Below, one piece after another: positions 36,009 to 48,214 of a DNA stretch of 64,000 bases. Below the pieces are notes generated by a model. That model was not told the origin of the DNA and made no database searches. It saw only the letters and a program-made list of their open reading frames with translations. The position numbers and the translations under genes were made by a program. The stretch's first letter is position 1. Each line of letters begins with the position of its first letter. Source of the DNA: Octopus bimaculoides (lineage: Eukaryota); assembly GCF_001194135.2 (NCBI RefSeq), contig NC_069003.1:29511236-29575235 (forward strand), in the 5' to 3' direction.

Positions 36009-37642
36009 GCACCAAGAGAAACTATATGTGATTGTGAGGCCTGACAGTCGTAGAGTTTTATTCAGAAGTATCAATGAGAAGTCTACTAGTGCTAGAAAGA
36101 AGTGCGTGAAAGTTATTATCTATCATTGTGACAAATATTAACTGGTAAAGTGTGAATCCAGGAGAGCAAAGTTAGTGCTTTTACGATCTAAAAATTGACA
36201 AAAGGGCGAGGTTCAATTTTAGTCGGGATTCTATTTACCACGTTTTTTGAAACATCGTATTATTTGCATTTCTCATTTAACATCTGGAATGGGAAATTAT
36301 TTTTTCACGTTTTTTTACGAGGTCAAGAATATGCTTGCACCAGTCTGGTATTTTCATGACTTTACGAAATGAAATGAAAATTAACAGGATTTCAACTCAG
36401 AATATAAATGGTCGGTAGATAGAAATATAAATCTACTAGTCTGATGCTCTAATATATCGCTTTAATGTACTGTTGATAAAGGATTTTGATCCAGAGTTGC
36501 AGAAATACAAGACTACTGAACAAACTATGGTAAAACTTAGAATTACCTTCTCTTGAATTCGCATTTTGAAATATTGCTGGGTTCAGTTTTATGTATTTTT
36601 CGTCTTTTTAAACTGCAAGATATGTAATGAATTATATTCAGTTAACTTAATAAATTCAAGCTCTGCACAAAAATTGAAACATCATTATATTATTAGTTAT
36701 AACGATTGTTATAAAAGAAGTCGTTAATTAGAGAATATATTGATAGCATTAATTTTTTTTTTACTCTTCTTTACTGAAACATATAGTATTTCACATTTTA
36801 ATTAAATTCAAAATTTTATGCCATGCAGTTTTGCGTCGCCAATGCATCATATAGAGTTTAGAGACAATGCAATACGCCATACTTTTATAATGATAAAGAT
36901 ATATTTAAAAGTATGCTTTTTTGTGCCTCAAAATAAAATTGATATCAATTTTCAAAAAATATAACTGTTTTATCAGATATACATATATATTAATTTGATA
37001 CCTATCAGCAATTTGAAAATAGTAAAGAAATATACTCGATATTGCTCCAGCATTTCACTCGCGAGATGCGAATGGATTATTCATTGATAATACATCTTGG
37101 GTAATTCAATTAATATCATTGCGAAATTGAAATTCATTCAAGCAATCAAGAATAGTTGAAGGAAAATAGAAAAATATGATATCATACAATGAAATATAAA
37201 TTTTTTCTCATAGTTGTAAATATGTTTGTGATATATGTTTGTAATGATAGAATATTGGATATTGAGCTGCCTTCTTTGTATAGTGACAGAGGAGAAGCTA
37301 AATTTATGATGGTTCGTGTTCAGTCTTTGGTATTACGTTGCGTTCTCGGCTGCCAGCCCACTTGTCTATCGGAATCCCAGTCATCCAGTTTTCAATTGTT
37401 TACAGTAGCTAATCAGGGAAATCTACACAGTGGTTTGACCTGCTAGAAATAACAGTCAATAAGCGCATTTAACGGAGGCCGTATATTTGCAAGTATTCTG
37501 ATCAATGTAAGTGTAACTTACAGCTTACCTCCGCTCAGTCTTGGAGAATTTGAAAAGCGAAGACCATGGACCCTGTCTTTTCACTTTTGAGGAAGATGTA
37601 ACAAACCCGCTACCAGTCTACACTTTTCTGTATCATCTACGT

Positions 37643-37930
37643 TAGGGGTTTTCAAACTTTTTTTACTTGCGGACCCCTTTATATTTCAGGCTTTACCTTA
37701 GGGACCCCCTTATAAACGCTTATGAAATTTATACATAAATATTTGCTTAAAGCAACATATATTTTTACATTTATTTATTTAACAAATAGGTTTATTGTCA
37801 ACTAAAAGATTTCGATTAAAAAACATGTATAAAATCAAATTGCCCATAAAAAGTATTTGCTGTCCACGGACCCCCTGTCTTGTCCTTGCGGACCCCCTGT
37901 AGTCCGCGGACCACAGTTTGAAAACCCCTG
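37643..37930. mobile_element. 288-bp hAT (Charlie-like) MITE
   Basis: TIR (T)AGGGGTTTTCAAACT ... AGTTTGAAAACCCCTG; perfect 8-bp TSD ATCTACGT at 37635-37642 and 37931-37938; subterminal GGACCCC repeats. Confidence 0.92.
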
Positions 37931-38595
37931 ATCTACGTAGTTGCGTGGAATACATATAAGAGATATCCAAGGAGTTATGTAGTTAATGTTAGTGATACAA
38001 TCATTAACTGTTCGCTATTCAGAGAGCGTTCACAGCGGCATGTACCTATCTACCTTCATCTTCAAAACGTGTCAAACGACATCCGATATTTGATAAACTA
38101 TGTATATTAAGATTCGTACTCGTAAAGTATTCGTCGAACTTGAAGTAATTATAATTAGATTGCTCAAGGATAGTAAGAGCATATCCTTTACGCAGGAAGC
38201 ATATTGTGGATTTCTATGTTAATTAAATCTTCTACTGTATAAAATTAATAATTGTTCAAATGTCAAAGGAATCTTAAAAGCGATATTAAAGCCTCGACCT
38301 TTCGATGTTAAGCAAATAACAGATGCATATCGCAAATGATGATTCGTGAGTTAATATCTTAATTTTTCAGATCATGGTGCATATTGGCAACTAGAAGAAT
38401 AAAATCACTGGAGAATACAGAAAACAACACCATATCATGTACGATATACGATACTAAACTTACAACCAAATGAGGAATTCCCTTTGATAATCGACCATTT
38501 CCAATATGCATTTACTCTTTTTATAACCCCATTCAGTTTGCAGTAACTCTGTGTTGATGAAGATAATTCACTGCGAGTTGTACGTCTCTCAAACA

Positions 38596-38731
38596 GAAAA
38601 GATTGTTCTAAAGAAAAGATTGTTCTCAAGAAAAGATTGTTCTCAAGAAAAGATTGTTCTCAAGAAAAGATTGTTCTCAAGAAAAGATTGTTCTCAAGAA
38701 AAGATTGTTCTCAAGGAAAGATTGTTCTCAA
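38596..38731 (+). repeat. Minisatellite: 8 x 17-bp unit GAAAAGATTGTTCTCAA
   Basis: Six identical units plus two with single substitutions; one inverted copy at 38817-38833. Confidence 0.95.
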
Positions 38732-38905
38732 TGAAACCGGATTTGTGACTAATCTTTATATTTTGTATCTTTTTATTTGTCTTGCTCGCTTACGTCTTGG
38801 CGTTTGCTGAATTTTCTTGAGAACAACCTTTTCTTAGTGGTCAGACTATATGGGGTCTCCATCTAGCATAATGGATGTCCACTTAGTGGCCATCCCTCCT
38901 ATATG

Positions 38906-38946
<41 letters not shown>

Positions 38947-40236
38947 TGAATCATACACCTATGAAGAACCAAGTGAAAGAGTTGAAGCATCTGTATCAAT
39001 GATAGGATGATCGCCGCACTTCTTCATTGACACAGAAACTTGAAGTCCTGTATGTGAGTCTCTATAATTGTTTCATTCAATAAATATGGTCTTCTAGTCC
39101 TCTATTCCCACCGATATGCATCAGAAGCTGTTTGTCAATCCCTATGTGCGTGTTCCTCTGTATGTGTGTGTATGTGTGAGTGTGTGTGTTATCTAAGTTA
39201 TTAACTTATATACAGTTATACCATTGAGTATTTATTTACGAATCACTTCACAAAATGCAAATCAAAGAAAATAGAGAAGTTTGTGAACGAAATCTGAACA
39301 ATTTTGCTATATAATAATGAACATTTTCAGAGCTCTAAATATAATTTACTAAGTGCTAAATATTAATGTAATATTGGCTAAGAACTTATTTATATGGTGA
39401 TATTTAAACACGATTTACATAATTTTGCATTTCATATTATTTTACTTATACTTAACTGTAATTACAATAATTTTGAAACTAAATTTCTCTAATGTATTTA
39501 TGTAAGCAACTTCTGCCAAGGTTTGTGTCAAAATCTACTTAAATGTATCAATAAATAAAATGTTAAAGTTGCAATATGCAATCTGTGAAAATTGAAAGAC
39601 GGTGTGCATTTTACTCAGTAACAGAGCACTAAAAAAGTCTAAGGTTTTTTAGTAATGAAAATAGCAAGATTTTCTAAAGACCTAAATACAACTAATTTAA
39701 TAAACCCTGTTTGAGGAAAGCACTGTTGATATCAGGCAAAAATTTAATCGTGTTATTTCTATAAAAATAAAAACACGACAGAGTGGAAAACAATCTTATA
39801 ACATTGTTTGTGTTACAAGCGGCCAATTGCAGAGCGTTGGTTACTAGAAACTATTTTATTAACAAAGCCCTTAATGCTTTATATTTTTTCTATTATCTCC
39901 CCTGCTGTAATTGCATACATTTTAATGAACTTATTATTTCTGGGGGCGGAAATACACTGGTTGATATTTTAATTGTATCAGATGTATTATTTTTCAGTTT
40001 ATATTGTGAATGATTAAAAAAGGAAATTAATGTATAGCTTGAGGAGTTTTTAAAAGCATTTACAACTGATATGCTGTTAACATACTTTTTTTTTTTGTTT
40101 ATTTCATTTGTAAATAATTACAGGCCCACACACACATATATACACACAAGCATACATGCAATCATGCTTCTATTCATGCAACTACAGCCATTTCTCGCAA
40201 GGGTGTGATGTTGAAAGTGCACACACACATTCTCAC

Positions 40237-40319
40237 CAGCCCTGTAAATAACCAAGTCGAATATCCGAAGCTTGGTTGATGGAGAGAGGAAGGCGCCGGT
40301 CGAAGGCAATTTATAGGTG
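40237..40319 (-). CDS. Candidate 83-nt exon
   Basis: Minus strand tttcatgttatttcacttcaAG|CACC...GGGCTG|GTGAGA; two open frames (TYKLPSTGAFLSPSTKLRIFDLVIYRA or PINCLRPAPSSLHQPSFGYSTWLFTGL). Confidence 0.3.
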
Positions 40320-40546
40320 CTTGAAGTGAAATAACATGAAACGGAGTTCTGACTCGGGGCCCGAAAATTAATTTCACAACTGTGTTATCGTGAACCCAAG
40401 AAACTAGATAACGGACTTTTACCATACACATATAAAGACAAACAAACACACACACACATACATGCATATATATATATAGGTTTGGTGGTGCGAACAGGAA
40501 AAATAGGGCTCAAAACATGAGCATATAAATATATATATACATATAC

Positions 40547-40595
<49 letters not shown>

Positions 40596-41448
40596 GTTGT
40601 TGTTGTTGTTGAAAATGCACCTAAATTTCAAAAACGCGTAAATGTTTAAAATACTTTTATTTACATATATACCACACTAGTTTCAACAATATTTTTTGTT
40701 TATAAATGATAAAATTTTAAAATTAGAAAAAAAAACATCTTTAAAACTTTCAATGACGACAAATTAAAATGTTTCAATGTTGATAAATTAACATGTTCAA
40801 AACAGAAGGTGTAAGCTTGAATGTTCAAATGTTTAATCATCACAAAATTGTGATTGCATCTATTGTGGAAATATGCCATAAAACATTACATATTAATATT
40901 CTAAAACAATGTTGATTACAAAAGGGATTTTGTTAGGTAATGTTGGGAAATTAGTTTTATGATAGTGCAATGGTGGTTATGGTTGCAACAACGAACTTAC
41001 GTTGGAATGAACCATTATATATTACTAGGAAGTTGAAAGAAATGAAGTAGATGATGTTTTGAGTATATTAAATGTGGATACATCATCATCATATATCGTG
41101 AATGAATAATAATGAAATGGATGCAATGTTGGCTATATTTGTAAGTTAACGTACAAGTAATTTTCAGCTAATATACATTTGCTTTGTGTGTTTGTATGGT
41201 CCCTCAAAGGTATTAATCTTATCCATACATACACACCTATGTGTGTGTGTGCGTGCGCATGTGTGTGTGTATGCGCGCGCGTGTGTTTGTGAATGTGTGA
41301 AAGTGTGTGTGTAAAAGTGTGCGTACGTGTGTGTATGAAAGTGTGTGCATGTGTGCATATATTAATTTGTGTATAAGATGTTTATATTTATGTATATGTG
41401 TGAGTGTCTATATTTTATATATATATCCATATCTGTATACGTACACAA

Positions 41449-41449
<1 letters not shown>

Positions 41450-41524
<75 letters not shown>

Positions 41525-41675
41525 GTAGGTATGTATATATGTATGTATGTANNNNNNNNNNTAAGTAGGTATGTATATATGTATGTATGTATGTATGTAG
41601 GTAGGTAGGTAGGTAAGTAGGTAGGTAGGTAGGTAGGTAGGTAGGTAGGTAAGTAGGTAGGTAGGTAGGTAGGTA
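41450..41675. repeat. Compound (GATA)n/(TATG)n/(TAGG)n repeat
   Basis: Direct reading. Confidence 0.95.
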
Positions 41676-42218
41676 CACTTAAATTTAAATATATATATTT
41701 TTATCAAATACTTTCTAAGTGCACTTTCTAAGTGAACAGCAATTTAAAGACTGCGGAATATCATTTATAGTTAGATGAATGTTTTCCCAATTCGCCTCGC
41801 TGCTATTAATACATCAACCCGTCTGGAAATATGCATTTTTATCGTGAAAGTAGATGTTGCAACATCACGGCCCTGGTAACACTTAAAAATAAACTTAATT
41901 AATTTTATAGAATTGCATGCAGTCTATATACATGGGATGAGGAGCTTCAGTATCTTAGGAGAGCGTTTATAATTTATCCACTAATTGCTAATAACATGCT
42001 GGACAATTTTTATTTTTAATTCCATCTTGCGGTGCCTAACATTTTTTTGTGTTAGCTCTCTATCCTCATATGCTTATGTTTCTTACTGGAATTTTCAGAA
42101 TTACTTTTTCTACATTTCATTCAGGGTGAAGTCACAGCGGGTTCGAGGTAACCCCATGGATCATGAAACATTTGTCAATTTCTCAATGTTTGTTCATTTT
42201 TACGGGTTATGAAAATTA

Positions 42219-42709
42219 TACTCTTTTACTCTTTTACTTGTTTCAATCATTTGACTGCGGCTATGCGGGAGCACCTCCATTTAGTCGAGCAAATCGACCC
42301 CAGGACTTATTCTTTAGAAGCCTAGGATTTAGTCTATCGGTGTCTTTTGCCGAACCGCTAAGTTACGGGGACATAAACACACCACCATCGGTTGTCAAGC
42401 GATGCTGGGGGAACAAACACAGACACACAAACATATACACACACACACATATATNNNNNNNNNNNNNNNNNNNNNNNNNNNNNNNNNNNNNNNNNNNNNN
42501 NNNNNNNNNNNNNNNNNNNNNNNNNTATATATATATGCACATATACGACGGGCTTCTTTCAGTTTCCGTCTACCAAATCCACTCACAAGGCTTTGGTCGG
42601 CCTGAGGCTATAGTAGAAGACACCTGCCCAAGGTGCCACGCAGTGGGAATGAACCCGGAACCATGTGGTTGGTAAGCAAGCTACTTACCACACAGCCACT
42701 CCTACACCT
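42219..42709 (-). mobile_element. SINE family A, full length, with a gap at the internal microsatellite
   Basis: Tail tactcttttactcttttacttgtttc through head acttaccacacagccactcctacacct. Confidence 0.93.
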
Positions 42710-44147
42710 ATGTACAATTAATCTCATTAAACTGGAGTTTATTGAAAGATCACATAAAAATATGTGCTCTGGTCAAGCCTCTTCTTATTTCTTATTAATA
42801 TTCAGCTCCTTAGATGTACTAGAAGAAACATGTGTGACTTAGTTCGAAGTCTATCAATTTGGTAACTAAATTTCTTTCAGTTTAGACCGTGCCTGTCGAT
42901 GTCCTAATATACATCTACTTTTTGTTGCTCGACTAGATTTCCTTCCAAGTAAAGTTGAGGAATAGAGAGGACATCCATAATTGAAGATATAAGTTACAAT
43001 ATCATGTACTTTCCACTGCATATATACCAAACTTCTCATAAAACTAGACGGCAGAATACGAATTTACTCAAGTTTGTCCCACCGATGCCATTGTAAATGC
43101 CAACTCATAAATGTCTGCACGATTCTAAACGTAGTTTCTTTATATACATGTTATCTACCCAACGGGGAAAAAGCGTTTGTTAGTTTTACAAGTGACTTTC
43201 AGTCATCAATAAATTTGCATAATAAAACATAGAGAATGTAATTGTCTTTGTAGTTACTTCACTTACTTCTAGTAAAGCAAAGTGGAATTCATTTTCTCCG
43301 TTGACAAAAAGAAAGATGTATTGTAAAGCATTGTATGAAATATGAGTTTCCTTTATGAATTTCATCCTATTGTCACGAAAATTTTAATGATATTCTGTTT
43401 GTTGTGCTTTTCTGCAACCATAATAGTGGCTACTTTATTACAGACAAGAACATTATATCGGTGAAAACGTTCTCCAACGGGTATCGATGACAAATAAGAG
43501 CTGAAGTAGATTCAGCTCTTGAAAATGAAGAGCTGAAATAGATTCTGACGAAAATAGTTCGGTTGTTTCCGGATAGCTTCAGGGTAAACGTTGAGTGATT
43601 GAAAGTTAAATCTGAATATGTATTATAGTAAAAAGGGTGGTGAAAAACACGTGTGGGAGGGTTAGTAAGTGAACAAAGTAAAGAAGGCACAGAAACAGAG
43701 AAAGAGAAAATGAGTCGTAAAAAAAATGATAGAGGGAGATGGATGGGAAAAATGAGAAAGACAGATGAAGGGCAATTCAAAGCAGAGCGTGGGGGACAAA
43801 AAGCTGTTGAGAGGGATATATACGCTAAGAGAGAATATGACGGAAATAGAATGATAGGGAGAAATGTGTGTGGTAGATAATAAGAGACAAGGAGAGGGGG
43901 ATAGAGTAAGACGGAGAGAAAACGGGTGACTTTGAGAGACAGATACATTGTGTTGTTTCTGGATAGTTTTGGTTTAAACGTTGAGTGGTTAACAAATGAC
44001 TGTGTATTTGAGCAAGATAGTGTGTTTGAGAGAGACAATGAACACAAACCGCTGTGAGAGATTGATACTGGCGCAAAGTGGGGGAATAGAGAAATAAAAT
44101 AGACTACTACTCGGTAACAGGAAGAAAGGAAGCGAAGGGAGAAAAAG

Positions 44148-44178
<31 letters not shown>

Positions 44179-45383
44179 AATTCAGTAGCTTGAAACATAA
44201 GGTAGGTGGGAACGTCCTATTGTACTAATAAATAAATAAATAAGTATGTGTATGTTTGTGTTGTGTGACAGCACGCTTGTGTATGTGTGTATGTTTGTGT
44301 GTGGGAGTATGTGTGTGTACATGTTCATGTGTGAGAGCATGTGTGTGTGTGTGTGCGTGTGTGTGTGCGTGCGTGCGTGCGTGTGTGTGGTGGGATGGAA
44401 TGAGACGGAGAGAGTTTTAATGAAGCTGAAAATTTCAAAGACCGTTACCCTGAGTTTCATGAACCTGATACAAGAGAACTGCTGAAACAATAAAATAAAT
44501 TTTAAATACTGATTATAGCAAACACACACACACATACACACACATGTACAAACGCACACACATGTACAAACACACATATACACACACACAAGCACACGTG
44601 CACACACACATGCAGACACATGTACAAACACACACACTTTACGTACACACATCTACATACACACATCTACATACACACATATAATACATAGATGTATGCG
44701 ATCTTGTATGTATGCGTACATTTACAGGCATGCTTGTCTATATGTGCTCGTATATACGTGTACACTTACAGGTATGTCTATGGTATATGTGTACGCAATA
44801 AAAAGATTTAATTGTGTGTAGCTTCATGGCAAGTATGTACTGTTTAGTCATCATCATGTTATTATGATTCCATTAATAATGAAAATATCTCATAAAACAT
44901 TATATTCACCTCTTAAAACAAATATAACATATGCTGATTAGAAACGGTTTTGTTAACAAAAGTTGTGAAATTATTACCATTACAGTCTGTCCTTCTTTAT
45001 TGCTCCGACATACAACAACCCGTCGCATTTTAGTGGCTCTATTATTTATTAGTATGGACTGTAATACACTAGACGATGTTTGAGTGTATTAAATATGGTT
45101 ACTCTTTGAATTTATAGCTTTAATACATAATAAAATGAAAATATACAAATTGAAGTATTTGTACATTCTTTTACAATGAATATATCATTCTTCTGTTGCT
45201 GTACAGTTTTCTTTGAGCATTTCATCAGCAAATAACTATAAATGTACAAATTATGCCATGTCTGTGTGGGAGGCATTATGTGTGTACGTATGTGCACTTT
45301 CTTTAAAAAGTTTCAGCACGAGAACTGCGGGCAAGATATATGTATTTGTGATTAGCAAATATGAATGTGTATGACATATATAG

Positions 45384-45450
<67 letters not shown>

Positions 45451-45829
45451 ATACACATTCGTAGTTTCTAATCACGTTACACTCCTGCCATCGTGTTTAC
45501 AAGAGACTGCGCAGAGGTGGGCTATAACGTAACATAAACAATACACGAATGAGAGGAAAGAACGTGACTCTGAAAGTAGTACTCCTTTATTTCATGTTAC
45601 ATATGTTTCGGTATTCGGTAACACATCATGCGAAATAACCTGGAGCTAACAAAAAAAAAACCCACGAGACAAAACTCTGTTGCTGGGAAACTCAGACTTC
45701 CCAGGAGACCCAACGGGTCACAGGTAGTCTGGCATACGTATATACATGAATACAGGTGCGTATGCAGACTTCCGCACACGCACAGATATTCATCTCCCTT
45801 TTTCACTCTCCTGTCTTAGAAAGAACTTT

Positions 45830-46029
45830 TCCCCCACCGCCTCCTCTTCTGGTCTTTTCATAATGTAACCTCGTGGGCATCGGTACCATTTTCCTCTTTC
45901 TCCGTTCTTCCATTCTCCGAACTTTCCATCTTTCCGACGAAGGGCTACGCCCGAAACGTCATTCGCGCTCTCTTTCCTTTCCTGAGCGTCCAATAATACT
46001 ATCCATATCACGTCCTCACTTGTTGTTTT
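45830..46029 (+). mobile_element. Penelope-like element 3' end / pLTR fragment, truncated by a gap
   Basis: Contains a hammerhead-like core followed by a pyrimidine-rich tail, the layout expected of PLE pseudo-LTRs. Confidence 0.55.
45934..45960 (+). ncRNA. Minimal type I hammerhead-ribozyme-like core (degenerate)
   Basis: CCGACGA-A-GGGC-TAC-GCCC-GAAA-C-GTC: intact stem II, GAAA and GUC; U4 replaced by C; stem I barely pairs. Confidence 0.5.
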
Positions 46030-47334
46030 NNNNNNNNNNNNNNNNNNNNNNNNNNNNNNNNNNNNNNNNNNNNNNNNNNNNNNNNNNNNNNNNNNNNNNN
46101 NNNNNNNNNNNNNNNNNNNNNNNNNNNNNNNNNNNNNNNNNNNNNNNNNNNNNNNNNNNNNNNNNNNNNNNNNNNNNNNNNNNNNNNNNNNNNNNNNNNN
46201 NNNNNNNNNNNNNNNNNNNNNNNNNNNNNNNNNNNNNNNNNNNNNNNNNNNNNNNNNNNNNNNNNNNNNNNNNNNNNNNNNNNNNNNNNNNNNNNNNNNN
46301 NNNNNNNNNNNNNNNNNNNNNNNNNNNNNNNNNNNNNNNNNNNNNNNNNNNNNNNNNNNNNNNNNNNNNNNNNNNNNNNNNNNNNNNNNNNNNNNNNNNN
46401 NNNNNNNNNNNNNNNNNNNNNNNNNNNNNNNNNNNNNNNNNNNNNNNNNNNNNNNNNNNNNNNNNNNNNNNNNNNNNNNNNNNNNNNNNNNNNNNNNNNN
46501 NNNNNNNNNNNNNNNNNNNNNNNNNNNNNNNNNNNNNNNNNNNNNNNNNNNNNNNNNNNNNNNNNNNNNNNNNNNNNNNNNNNNNNNNNNNNNNNNNNNN
46601 NNNNNNNNNNNNNNNNNNNNNNNNNNNNNNNNNNNNNNNNNNNNNNNNNNNNNNNNNNNNNNNNNNNNNNNNNNNNNNNNNNNNNNNNNNNNNNNNNNNN
46701 NNNNNNNNNATATATATATATATATATATATAAATATATATTGTTGTACCAAGGGCAATAAGTGGGTGCGGGTAAAAGGGGATTATTTTACCCTAAATTT
46801 ATATAGCAATAAGAAAATGGAGGGGAATATACACACACACATATATATATGTCGAACAAGGAGAATGAGTGCTCAACCATGGTTAGATAGGTGTATGCAT
46901 AAGCATGATTATATATCCTTACGTATATGCGCAAACAAGGCGCTGAAGCGTATTTTTGTGTGTGATTTTATATCTTACATACTCTCGCTTTCTCTCCATT
47001 AGCCAACCTTACACCCTCCCTCTCTCTCTCCTTGTCTCTCTTTCAATACCCCTCTCTCTCTCTCTTACTCTATCTCTTTCTTTCTCTTGTTCAGAAAAAT
47101 TCAACGACATTCGCTTTCTAAAGACGAGATGACACAGTTGATGGTTAAGCTGTCCCCTTTCGAACCTTCAACTACTACTCCTGATGAGGTGTATATTTCT
47201 GATGTTAGGGACAACCAGGTTTCCTCTTCTCATTACTATCTTTCTGCTTTCATCCGGTTATCGGCTCCACTTCCAGTATACAAACCTTCTGACTGTTAAT
47301 GAAATAACTGAGTAACATAAAATTCCTAGCTCGC

Positions 47335-47670
47335 TTTGCACCACTCAATCACGAAACATTTCTGACTCTCCGTCAATTACGACGATGAATGTTCGAGTGG
47401 ATCCGATCGATGAAACAGACTGCTCGTGAAATTAACGTGCATGTGACACAACATTCCACAGAACATGTGTACTCATAACGTAGTTCTCGGAGAGATTCAG
47501 CGTAACACAGAATGTAATTGAACTACAGGTACAACTTATTTTGCCAGCTGAGTGACTGGAGCAACGTGAAATAAAATGTCTTGCTTAAGGACACAAGGCG
47601 CCAACAGGAAATGAACTCTGGACCTTTACGATCGTAAGCCGACTACTTTAACCACTAAGCCACGCGCCTT
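47335..47670 (-). mobile_element. SINE family C, near full length
   Basis: ...gagattcagcgtaacacag...ttttgccagctgagtgactggagcaacgtgaaataaaatgtcttgcttaaggacacaa...aaccactaagccacgcgcct; tRNA-like head on the minus strand. Confidence 0.8.
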
Positions 47671-47757
47671 CACTTCTCCACAATTACATTTGAAAAGTTA
47701 CTCATACACATCGATCTCCATCCTTAGACATCAGAAAAATAACAAAAACTGAAATAT

Positions 47758-48214
47758 AGGCGTAGGAGTGGCTCTGCGGTAAGTAGCTTGCTTACCAACC
47801 ACATGGTTCTGGGTTCAGTCCCACTGCGTGGCACCTTGGGCAAGTGTCTTCTACTATAGCCTCGGGCTGACCAAAGCCTTGTGAGTGGATTTGGTAGACG
47901 GAAACTGAAAGAAGCCCGTCGTATATATGTATATATATGTATGTATTTTTGTGTGTATACGTTTGTGTGTCTGTGTTTGTACCCCAACTTCGCTTGACAA
48001 CCGATGCTGGTGTGTTTACGTCCCCGTAACTTAGCGGTTCGGCAAAAAGAGACCGATAGAATAAGTACTAGGCTTACAAAAAATAAGTCCTGCNNNNNNN
48101 NNNGTACTAGGCTTACAAAAAATAAGTCCTGCGGTCGATTTGCTCGACTAAAGGTGGTGCTCCAGCATGGCCGCAGTCAAATGACTGAAACAAATAAAAG
48201 AGTAAAAGAGAGTA
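47758..48214 (+). mobile_element. SINE family A, full length, young
   Basis: Near-identical to 8620-9066 and to the reverse complement of 42219-42709. Confidence 0.95.

Noticed and set aside
38596-38731. 17-bp array as a CRISPR array
   Set aside because: Units are contiguous with no spacers, no cas genes, eukaryotic context.
38805-38850. Hammerhead on the minus strand (CTGACCA...GAAAATTC)
   Set aside because: Core mismatch at G8, stem II poorly placed and stem I does not pair.
47110-47190. Ig-like peptide GVVVEGSKGDSLTINCVISS on the minus strand
   Set aside because: A stop follows within a few codons and there is no acceptable donor; probably chance.
48065-48132. 29-bp tandem duplication inside SINE A
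   Set aside because: The two identical copies flank a 10-N gap; most likely an unmerged contig overlap.
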